Source: Octopus vulgaris (taxonomy: Eukaryota). From it: a stretch of 64,000 nucleotides of DNA. This document shows, piece after piece, positions 13,617-24,158 of this stretch. The stretch covers positions 65,782,001-65,846,000 of the forward strand of contig OX597822.1 in the NCBI GenBank assembly GCA_951406725.2, in the 5' to 3' direction. The notes below the pieces were generated by a model, which worked only from the letters and a program-made list of their open reading frames with translations, was not told the origin of the DNA and did no database searches. The number at the start of each line of letters is the position of its first letter. Position 1 is the stretch's first letter. The position numbers and the translations under genes are program-made.

Positions 13617-14204
13617 TATATATATGTTTATGCAAATATTTTCATATGAAATGTTATGCTTTGAATATGCAAATCGGTATGATATGGATGACAACATGTC
13701 ATGTACCATACACACAGGCACACATGCACACATAAACACACATTTACATACATCCATACTCACACAGAAATATGCATGTGTGCGTGTGCATATGTGTATA
13801 AGAATACTTATGTGCACGCATTTGTGCATACGTAGAAATATATATATATATACGCAGACAAACATACACATAAGTATATATATCCACGTGGAAAATTGAG
13901 TTTCTAGAAATATAATTTTTTTTTTTTTTTAAACCAGAAACAAAGAAACTGAATGTTTGAAACTGCATACAAAATTGTTTCACTGAAAATAACAAAAATT
14001 GTCTCTAATTTAGGCAGAAAACCATCAATTTCAACGGGAAGAGCGTTTGTTGATACGACCCATCCCAGTACTTTACCTGATCGACCTTTTTACTTTACCT
14101 TGTACTTTACCTGATCGACCTCGGAGGGATAAAAGGAGAACTCTCCTCCATGATGTACTGGGAATATTAGAAAATATCAAATGTAGGAAATCTTCTGCAT
14201 GTAG

Positions 14205-14660
14205 AAAGCGTAGAAGTGGCTGTGTGGTAAGTAGCTGGCTTATGAACCACATAGTTCCAGGTTCAGTCCCACTGCGTGGCACCTTGATCCAGTGTCTTCT
14301 ACTATAGCCTCGGGCCGACCAGAGTCCTGTGAGTGAATTTGGTGGACGGAAACTGAAAGAAGCTCATCGTATATATGTATATATATGTATGTGTGTGTGT
14401 ATATGTTTGTGTCTGTGTTTGTCCCCCAATATCGCTTGACAAATTAGCGGTTCGGCAAAAGATACCGGTAGAATAAGTACTAGGCTTACAAAGAATAAGC
14501 ATATATATGACGGACTTCTTTCAGTTTCCGTCTACCAAATCTACTCATAAGGCTTTGGTCGGCCCGAGGCTATAGTAAAAGACACTTGCCCAAGATGCTA
14601 CACAGTGGGACTGAACCCGGAACCATGCTACTTACCACACATCCACGCCTACGCCTATGC
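14205..14660. mobile_element. Two SINE family C copies tail-to-tail (+ 14205-14500; - 14501-14660)
   Basis: 14205-14375 is the approximate reverse complement of 14501-14660. Confidence 0.85.
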
Positions 14661-14749
14661 AATGAATAAATTTGTCGGTGTATCACTAATGATAACAAAA
14701 ATTATCGGCTCGGGATAAGATATTTTTATATATTACTGCTAATGATCGT

Positions 14750-15185
14750 TAGCTGGCATAATCGTTAGCACGCCGGACAAAATGCTTTGGCATCATATCG
14801 TCCGTCTTTACGTTCTGAATTCAAATTCCGATTCTGCCAAGATTGACATTGCATTCCATTATTCAGGATCGATGTATTAAGTACCTGTTGAATACTGCAA
14901 TCGATAAAATAAGTACCAATTGAATACAGGTCGAAGTAATCGACTCTTGTACTTCTTTACAATTGCTGGCCTAGTCCCAAAATTTGAAATCATCATTATT
15001 ATTATCATTGAAGGCGGCGAGCTGACAAAATTTTCAGCACGCCGGGTAAAATGTTTAGCGGCATTCCGTCCATCTCATCGCGACATTCTGAGTTCGAATT
15101 CCATCGAGGTCAACTTTACCTTTTATCTTTTCGGGATCGATAAATTAAGTACCTGTGAAATCGACTAGTCCCCTCCACACAAATT
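14750..15185 (+). mobile_element. Two old SINE family A copies
   Basis: Heads agctggcataatcgttagcacgccggac (~14751) and ggcggcgagctgac...gcacgccggg (~15013). Confidence 0.75.
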
Positions 15186-15747
15186 GAGTGTGTATGTGTG
15201 TGTATACGTGTGTGTGTGTGTGTGTGTATGTGTGTATACGTGTGTGTATACGTGTGTGTGTGTGTATGTCTGAGTATGTGTTTCTGTGAATGTATTTAGA
15301 ATCATATCGACAGCTATACGTTTATGCATCTGCTCTCTATGAAATTACAAAGGTATTCAACCTATAAAATCGTTCGATAATTTAGAATAAGGACCGAGTA
15401 ATTTCATTGTATTTATGTATCTTTAGCGTAAGTGTAATCTATTAAATTTCAGTACAAGTTTATCCCCAGTGTTATATTCGATAATTTTAAATTATTTCTT
15501 ATCCTCTTATTGGTATTAAGATATTCACTATTTTAATTACTTTCTAATCATATTCTAATTATATATCTTAACGATTATTCCTCACTTGAAAAAGTGAGCG
15601 ATAATGGATAAGATATATTAGTTTGTTGATTACCATATTAATCTACTGACGTTCAGTAAATTGATTTCGAAATTTCGGGATATAATCTTTAATTGTATCG
15701 ACCTAGTATATAAGAAACATAGATATAAGGTCGTCTGAACAATTGCC

Positions 15748-16305
15748 TTTATATTTTTTACCTCTCGTTTCGGCTCAGAGCTGTGGCCATGCTGATGCAC
15801 CGCCGTTTTGCTACTCTGTTATTACTAAGAGCCTCCTCTAATAGTTGGCCCTTGGTGAAGCGTGGAGTTTGATATAGCTACCCTCATTTGCACCTCTCAT
15901 CGTGAGGTAGGATCCCGACAGGAATAGGTCCAGCCTTGATTTAAAAACCCCTACATCTACTTTGTGCAAGTTCCTCAGACTCTTTGGGAGAATATTAAAA
16001 AGCTGTGGGTCCTTGAAACCCAGGCTGTTGCAGTAACTGGTCCTGAAGCGTGATGGCATTGCTGGGACATTTGGCACTATGCAGTGTCGTCCCGTTCTGG
16101 CATTAGTGTAGCTTTCAGTTCCAAAATTTGGCACAATTCCTTCCAGGATCTTCCAGATATTACTGCATACCTCTCCCGTCTTCTCTTCAGGGAGTAGAGT
16201 CTTAACTGTTTCAACCTTTCCCAGTAGCTAGCTGTTGCAAAGAGACGATCTTCTTTGTGAATCTTCTCTGGGTTGCTTCAAATCCGCTGTTAATTTCACA
16301 CTGTA
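15748..16305 (-). mobile_element. 3' fragment of a CR1-group LINE (ORF2 C-terminus plus 3' UTR)
   Basis: IWKILEGIVPNFG...NSLGFKDPQLFNILPKSLRNL...FKSRLDLFLS is typical of the CR1/L2-group ORF2 end. Upstream part is frameshifted. Confidence 0.8.
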
Positions 16306-16419
16306 TAATTTTTATAGAGAGATGCCTTGATATCTGTTCCTTTTTTAAGGAGAGTTGCTTGCAGCACGTGATATGTTAGAAAATGCATTTTGATTATATA
16401 TTGTACTAGAATACCAAAA

Positions 16420-16451
16420 TACGAGACGGTATCAAAAAGCTCAGGGAGTAG
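16420..16451 (-). mobile_element. Detached terminal (TIR) piece of the mariner whose body is at 22211-22760
   Basis: TA + cgagacggtatcaaaaagctcaggga resembles a mariner TIR. It abuts the SINE that separates it from the transposase C-terminus. Confidence 0.55.
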
Positions 16452-16662
16452 TTACTCTTTTAATTGTTTCAGTCATTTGACTGCGGTCATGCTAGAGCAC
16501 CGCCTTTAGTCGAGCATATCGACCCCAGGACTTATGCTTTGTAAACCTAGTACTTATTCTATCGGTTCTCTTTTACCAAACCACTAAGTTAAGGGAACGT
16601 AAACACACCACCATCGGTCGTCAAGCGATGTTGGGGAGACAAACACAGACACACAAACTTAT

Positions 16663-16728
<66 letters not shown>
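16452..16728 (-). mobile_element. SINE family C, 3' half (split by the Naiad-like PLE)
   Basis: Colinear with the first half of the uninterrupted copy at 33172-33580. Confidence 0.88.
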
Positions 16729-16732
<4 letters not shown>

Positions 16733-16929
16733 TACAAAATTAGAGAATGGAGAAACATACTTAAATCAGTAAAACATCAACTATCCGATGATACTCAATC
16801 CATACTTTAATACACCATTACATATGAGTAAAGGCAATATATAAAATGAAATGAGATATACAGTAATAGTAAAAGTAAAAAGATAAAGAGATATAAGTAA
16901 AAAATTTCAAATATAATATGCAAATAAAA

Positions 16930-17045
16930 CAAAACTGACAGCTGTTTCGGCAGTGAGGACAGTCATACCTCATTTAACCTATAAGCCATAAAGGCAGGTA
17001 TAAATGAGGCATTAACAAGGATGCCCCACGGCCTCTTCAGAGAAT
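16930..17045 (-). ncRNA. Type I hammerhead ribozyme motif with extended stem II (sense copy in pLTR)
   Basis: Minus strand reads CUGAAGA (17040-17034), 85-nt stem II, GAAAC-AGCU-GUC, with predicted cleavage after 16937. Stem I is weak (2 WC pairs next to the core). Confidence 0.78.
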
Positions 17046-17383
17046 TAAATTAAATTTGTTATAATAGTGAAAAATATTATATAATCATATACATATAAAT
17101 ATAAAAATATAAAAATGTAAAATATAAAAACTTATACATCATAATGCTACACTTATATGATATAATACACATTTGTACAAAAAGGAAGGTAAACAGAACA
17201 ATATAAAACAAAATATATAACAGTGTATATATTAATACTAATAAGTACCGATATTATACATATTTGGCTAATAGTTTTTTTTATAAAAAAAAAGGGCTAA
17301 CACATATGGAGATGAAAAATAATAATTAAATCCGTGGTACAGTTCATAAAATTCTAAAGCTATAAAAGTTAATAAAAATTACT

Positions 17384-17427
<44 letters not shown>

Positions 17428-19170
17428 TAATAATAAAAAAAATACTAAAAATAGATACAGTTAAGTTAGCACCAAGTCCATCCTTTCAAGATCGAAATAA
17501 CTATGAGTTAAGAAATGCTGACCACTAGGTAAAGAAAATTTAGATTAATTCGATTGGCTATTGGTTTGAAATTTAAATCACAAAAGAAAATTATACGGTT
17601 GGTTAGTCAAGGAACGCCAATATTCACACACGCATCTACAGATCAATCGCACATACACACATAGTTATATGTATATACATACACTTATACACATACATAT
17701 TAACAAGCAACAACTAGCACTTAGATAAACAAAAAAGGGAAGCAACTATGTTAACATTTAGTCCTTCAAAATTATAACTGAGCCTTAATAACAAAAAAAG
17801 AACCATCCATGCATTCTATAAAATATTTAATTTAGATATAAATATATTTTTAAATATCAGTATGTTACTAATTCAGATAATTATTTCATGGGTAACTTAA
17901 AATTTATAACACCGGTTTGTTACAGAGTAAACATACGGTTGTTAGGTTTATCGTAAGTTTGTTATGATTTTAAGTACGCTAAATTATAAAATATAAAATA
18001 TAAAATATATATTAATTTAAATATTATAAATAAGTCACTTATTAACTTAATAAATATAGTGCCAAAATATACCAGTTTAGGCATTAAAGAATAGAAGGGG
18101 AAGTATTAATGTAAACGCTTATGAGAACATCACAGAAATTTTAAATAAATTTTATATTATAAAGACTTAAGATGAAAAGAGATAAAATAAATAAGAAGGA
18201 ATAAATACGAAGGAATAAATACGGTTGTACACATAATTATAAGTACAAACTAGTATATATGTATTCATATATTATTAAAATTAAATACAAATAAATGATA
18301 GATATGTATGTATAAAACTACACCAGTATAAGTAAATAAGTAAAAAATAAATAGGTAACAAATTAGATGACTTGATATGTATGTAAACATCTACACTTAA
18401 ATAGGCAAATAAATAAATGAATAGAAGACTAGATGCAAAGATTGATAATATTACAATAAAATGGGAAATAAATAAAAATAAATAAAGTGAATATATATTT
18501 TATATATATTTTATATTGTTGAAAGTAAAAATGTATGGAAGGATAGTTTAAAGTACAGATCCAGAGGACTATAGATATAAACTAAATATATGAGGCTGGT
18601 AATAATTATAAAGCAAAATGCATGTAAATGAGAAAATGAAAAAAAGAAAAATGAAAAAGGTTTATCAGTGAATAGCATAAGATACAAATTAAGGTGAGTA
18701 CAAAAAGACCAAATATATAATAAAAACCTTCCAAATAAACACATACAAAAACCTATAATCTCAACCTAAACCCACCAAACTCATAAAAGGCTCTCATATA
18801 TCACATATTATACAATATCATTACATTATCTAGAGCTAGGTATCTAACCAAGATATACATATATACTATGCAATATACTATGCAATATTGGAAAACTTCA
18901 AAAATCACACATTACAAGGCAAATACCAAAATGAATATGCTATTTTATGTCATATTGCATTTCTCTTAAAAAAAACAAACAAAAACCCACATACAAAAAT
19001 CAAGGAACCAATAATACTAGACACATCCATTAATTATTATACAAATGTAGCTATAAAAATTATAAAATTATGAAATTTATAAATTGTATACTTTAGAATT
19101 ATAGAGGACCACAGGTATATTTAGTTAAAGAAGGGAATTAAAAAATTAATAATAGTGGAAGTGCTAAGTT

Positions 19171-20778
19171 CTATTTGAATCTAGAAAAGGTGAACGGTAG
19201 CCTATGAATACAAAAGAAGTTTTTCTCATTAATGTTGTTAATAATTTGCCGACCCGCTTTAATAATGAAGAAAATTTCATTAATACATAGAGAGCATTTT
19301 TTATTTTTTCCATTATACACAGGTGCTGAAGTTAGTATTTTCCAGTTTAATCTAAAATCTAAGTTCTTACTTTTAAGTTCCCAAATGTATGCACTTAGCC
19401 CTGTAGAGTACATTCTATTTTTATTCCTAAAAGTATATCTGTGATAATTCCATCTTTGTTTTATGCTATTCATAGTTGCACCGATATACACCCTACTACT
19501 CAATTGTGTATCTACAGTGCATTGGTAAACTACCTCCTTCCTGAGGCATTGATTACCAAATACACATTTATTTTTATTTCTGCAATTACAAAGATTAACA
19601 GAATGAGGAAATCTAAGATTGGACACCACCCCTATACTACTATTCACATTATAAGTGTTACAATTGTTATCATCATCCAAACCCAAAATCAACGAATGAG
19701 TTAATTTCACATTATCGGCTATATTTCTATCACTAGTACTAGTATTGGTAGTAGTAGTATGATCTATTACATTTATATTATCTCTGACAGGTATGGTGCA
19801 CTCATTATTAGTAAGGAGGTTGTTCCCATTTGTTCCAAGAAAATTTCTATTCCTATTATTAATGAAGAGGGGCAAGTTATCCTGGTCTAAATTCAATTTT
19901 CTATCCTTATAGAAGTGATCCAGTTTCTTGTTATTAAAAGAGGAGATAATGGTGGCTAGATTATGAGTAATGCTATATCCCACTCTAACAGTACCGTTGT
20001 TAATTAAAGGACTAAATTTATTCCTATCCTTACCAAAATGCCTAAAAATAACATTATGCAAAGCTCTCACTATGTTTGTTTTAATCTGCATTGCATACGG
20101 GATAATCAACCAAAGAGTATCCTTATCAGAATTAGGATTGCCTATAGAATTAATGTTATTTGTGAAAATCCTATTCGTAGACCAACTCATAGGATTACTA
20201 TTCTTACCACTGTTATTATTATATCTATCTATATCAATATTACCATGGTTATTGCGCAAGTAAACTTTACCATTATCATGTCTACCATAAGTTTTAATTC
20301 GTATATTATTATTAATATTACTACTATTACCCGTATGCTTAGATCTATTTGAGCTACCGTTCACCTTTCCAAGGTTAACGTCACTTCCACATTTATTATA
20401 GGTGTTATCATATATTCTATTTTTACTATTCTTATGTATATTGTTGATTATCCTAAATCTATTTGTGTTGTTCCTGATAGTTCTACCTCCATTAGGGGGT
20501 TCCCCTTAGGTATAAACCAAATCTTACTTTTATATCCTGCCTTAAGTAATGCTGCATTGTATCTATCACAGTGTTTGTTAAAAATTTCCTCGTTTGAGGA
20601 TAAACTAGAAATTCTCTGACTAATGCTACGCACTAGTGCATTTTTAATTTGGGGGGGTGATTACTAGAACGGTTAATGTATATTAGGTTAGAATTAGGTT
20701 TAATATAGGGTTCGTGTAAACCATTAGTAATGTTACAATTAACATCTAAATAATTAGCAGAATAATTTTCACTTTCAA
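19171..20778 (-). pseudogene. Naiad-like PLE polyprotein C-terminal part (RT end, thumb, Asn-rich linkers, GIY-YIG endonuclease), two single-base frameshifts
   Basis: NYLDV...PYIKPNSNLIYINRSSNHPP / RISSLSSNEEIF...YNAALLKAGY / CNCRNKNKC (CxCx5C), VVYQCTV...YIGAT...KQRWNYH...STGLSAYIWELK...CSLC..E..CIHR. Confidence 0.9.
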
Positions 20779-21144
20779 TGTTATTAAGGCTCAGTTATAA
20801 TTTTGAAGGACTAAATGTTAGCATAGTTGCTTCCCTTTTTTGTTTATCTAAGTGCTAGTTGTTGCTTGTTAATATGTATGTGTATAAGTGTATGTATATA
20901 CATATAACTATGTGTGTATGTGCGATTGATCTGTAGATGCGTGTGTGAATATTGGCGTTCCTTGACTAACCAACCGTATAATTTTCTTTTGTGATTTAAA
21001 TTTCAAACCAATAGCCAATCGAATTAATCTAAATTTTCTTTACCTAGTGGTCAGCATTTCTTAACTCATAGTTATTTCGATCTTGAAAGGATGGACTTGG
21101 TGCTAACTTAACTGTATCTATTTTTAGTATTTTTTTTATTATTA

Positions 21145-21188
<44 letters not shown>

Positions 21189-21843
21189 AGTAATTTTTAT
21201 TAACTTTTATAGCTTTAGAATTTTATGAACTGTACCACGGATTTAATTATTATTTTTCATCTCCATATGTGTTAGCCCTTTTTTTTTATAAAAAAAACTA
21301 TTAGCCAAATATGTATAATATCGGTACTTATTAGTATTAATATATACACTGTTATATATTTTGTTTTATATTGTTCTGTTTACCTTCCTTTTTGTACAAA
21401 TGTGTATTATATCATATAAGTGTAGCATTATGATGTATAAGTTTTTATATTTTACATTTTTATATTTTTATATTTATATGTATATGATTATATAATATTT
21501 TTCACTATTATAACAAATTTAATTTAATTCTCTGAAGAGGCCGTGGGGCATCCTTGTTAATGCCTCATTTATACCTGCCTTTATGGCTTATAGGTTAAAT
21601 GAGGTATGACTGTCCTCACTGCCGAAACAGCTGTCAGTTTTGTTTTATTTGCATATTATATTTGAAATTTTTTACTTATATCTCTTTATCTTTTTACTTT
21701 TACTATTACTGTATATCTCATTTCATTTTATATATTGCCTTTACTCATATGTAATGGTGTATTAAAGTATGGATTGAGTATCATCGGATAGTTGATGTTT
21801 TACTGATTTAAGTATGTTTCTCCATTCTCTAATTTTGTAGTAT
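20779..21843 (+). repeat. Right arm of the 1065-bp inverted repeat (partner 16729-17793)
   Basis: End and HHR coordinates sum consistently to 38572 (no net indel). I noticed only one substitution (17751/20821) by eye. Confidence 0.96.
21527..21642 (+). ncRNA. Hammerhead ribozyme motif, inverted pLTR copy
   Basis: CTGAAGA 21532-21538, stem II 21539-21623, GAAAC 21624-21628, AGCT, GTC 21633-21635. Confidence 0.78.
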
Positions 21844-22015
21844 TAATTTACGGTAATATTATTACCTTTACCCATTTAATACAATAGATGAACTGATTGC
21901 TTGACAATTTTTAACATCTATGTATTATTTTTGTTGGGTACCTATCTAGCAGTATATTGGATATATATTATCCCATGGTGGGTTGAATTTTCAACCCCTA
22001 TCTCATTTTTTAACT

Positions 22016-22020
22016 TATAT

Positions 22021-22054
<34 letters not shown>

Positions 22055-22210
22055 ACGACGGGCTTCTTTCAGTTTCCGTCTACCAAATCCACTCACAAGG
22101 CTTTGGTCGGCTCGAGGCTATAGTAGAAGACACTTGCCCAAGGTGCTACGCAGTGGGACTGAACCCGGAACCATGTGGTTGGTAAGCATGCTACTTTCCA
22201 CACAACCAAT
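22016..22210 (-). mobile_element. SINE family C, 5' half (split by the PLE)
   Basis: gacgggcttctttcagtttccgtc...gtgggactgaacccggaacc continues the half at 16452-16728. Confidence 0.88.
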
Positions 22211-22760
22211 CTTATTTACTTAAGTTTTAACATCATCTCCTTCGATATAGTCACTTTGCACGGCAATACATTGATCCCTGCGTTCCTGCCACTTTTGCAA
22301 TCCAGCCTGGAAGCCGTTTTCTGTAAGAGAGTTGAGGACCTTCTGCGAATGGTTCAGGATCTCGACAACGGTGTTAAAACGGTAATCTTTGAGTTGCCTT
22401 CTTTTCATCTTGGGGAAGAGATGGAAGGCTGCATGTGCTAAATCAAGCGAATAGGGTGCGTAACCAATACGAGGTTGTTTTTGGCGGGCAACTCACAAAT
22501 ACTTCAAACCGTCGCGGTAGAACTCTCGACTGTCTGTCTATTTCAGGGGGACAAATTCTCGATGCCCAATGCCACACTCGTAGATCTGGCGTGACACTCG
22601 TAGGAGATCTTACAGATCGACCATGATCTTCCAATGACGTCCCTCCGCTTTCGAAGCGCCTGTACCACACGAAACAACGTACGACCCATTGCCTCTTCAC
22701 CGTACGCTTGGTGAAGCAAGCTCAATGTCTCTGTAGCAGACCTCCCAAGTTTGACGCAAT
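22211..22760 (-). mobile_element. Internally deleted, degenerate mariner transposon
   Basis: N-terminal CVKLGRSATETLSLLHQAYGEEAM / WYRRFESGGTSLED and C-terminal QLKDYRFNTVVEI...QKWQERRDQCIAVQSDYIEGD. Confidence 0.85.
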
Positions 22761-23053
22761 GTTTTTGAGTTCATAAGAATCAATGCTCATGTTGTAAATT
22801 TTAAAACATTGAGAGTACGAATACTTATATAAGAAAAATATGCTGTTTCATGTTTTGTAGGTACACCTTACTTTCCATTAACGCATATAAACGAGCAAAT
22901 ATACTTATCTTTCCAAAGAATGAAAAGTATATCTCCTTCGGTAGAATGGAAACTTACAAATTTATAGCTTAATTTGCTCTCAAATACTGGTTTAGAATAC
23001 AGTGCGATGGACTTTCTATTATTCATTAGTTAGCCACAGTGGTAACTAATGAT

Positions 23054-23512
23054 CTTTTTGAGACTTTCTGAGATATTTAAAAGCAATACTCTTCCCATAA
23101 TAAGATCTATCAATGAAGTAATTTGGGATCACCATTGATTTAAAATCCTCTCAATACTTCCAAATAACATCGTCAGAAACAAAAGGAATAAAATTATAAA
23201 GTGACAAAATGGAGGTTCACCAATGGAGAAGTTCTTAACCAGATCAGGCCGAAACTGTCGCTAGAAGCTAGGATCACCAAACATAGATTGGCATATTTTG
23301 GTCACATTATGAGGAGAAAATCCCTGGAAAAGGACATCATGCTCGGAATGGTCAGTGGCAAGAGAGGAAGAGGCCGACCAAGAACCCGCTGGCTTGATAC
23401 CATCAAGATGACACGGGAATGGCCATCGCCAATCTGAAAGAAGCGACCCAGGATAGAACTGGCTGGAGAACACTGATCCATCGAGTAACGGAGAGTCGAC
23501 TTCGACTGAACG

Positions 23513-23581
<69 letters not shown>

Positions 23582-24158
23582 CCATAGTGGCTATTTTCAA
23601 ATGCTCATCCTAATCACAACGTAAGATTTTTTTGTCATTTTAGAAATTCTAATAGATGGGTTGATTATCTATATTGTGAGAGCACGGTTCTTGGAAGCAA
23701 CAATAAAATAAATATTTTAAACCATATGCACATATATAAAATTCTCGCAATAAAAAGTGAATTAACTAAAGAAATAAGAAATACAAACATGTGACACTTC
23801 GAATCTTTTACTTCAATTATAAACTAAGATAGATTTCCATTTGATTTTTTGAAAAGCCATGCTGTTGCTAAATCTGAATGTCATTATGTGATTATTTTAT
23901 GAGTCATTCATGTTTTCAAATAAACATTAAAATATTTCTCTGCATACTTCTTGTTTCACAATAATCTTATAATGATAGTGAGATTTTTAACAGGATAGGA
24001 AATGTTCAGGATTTTTCAGACTTTCTGAGATATTTAAAAGCAATATTCTTCCCATAATAAAATCTATCAATGAAGTAATTTGGGATCACCATTGACTTAA
24101 AATCCTCATAATACTGCCAAATAACATCATCAGAAACAAAATGAATAAAATTATAAAA
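23054..24158 (+). repeat. ~145-bp local direct duplication (23054-23200 and ~24012-24158)
   Basis: agactttctgagatatttaaaagcaata...gggatcaccattga...cagaaacaaaa.gaataaaattataaa occurs twice with a few substitutions. Confidence 0.9.
23201..23580 (+). mobile_element. 3' fragment of an RTE-clade (BovB-like) LINE with (GATA)n tail
   Basis: RLAYFGHIMRRKSLEKDIMLGMVSGKRGRGRPRTRWLD, one frameshift, then LKEATQDRTGWRTLIHRVTESRLRLNG* running directly into (GATA)n. Confidence 0.92.

Larger units (their letters stand above)
16729..22015 (-). mobile_element. 5'-truncated Penelope-like retroelement, Naiad-like, with inverted pseudo-LTR
   Basis: RT C-terminus/thumb plus GIY-YIG ORF, a ~2.4-kb AT-rich 3' region, inverted repeat 16729-17793/20779-21843 and HHR motifs in both arms. 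Flanked by (TA)n. Confidence 0.92.

Noticed and set aside
19171-20364. Selenocysteine recoding as in some Naiad elements
   Set aside because: No in-frame TGA in this ORF, the Cys motifs use normal codons, and I did not identify a SECIS.
19232-20619. Plus-strand ORFs over the PLE coding regions (also 58486-59829)
   Set aside because: Antisense shadows of the PLE frames, with no independent motifs.
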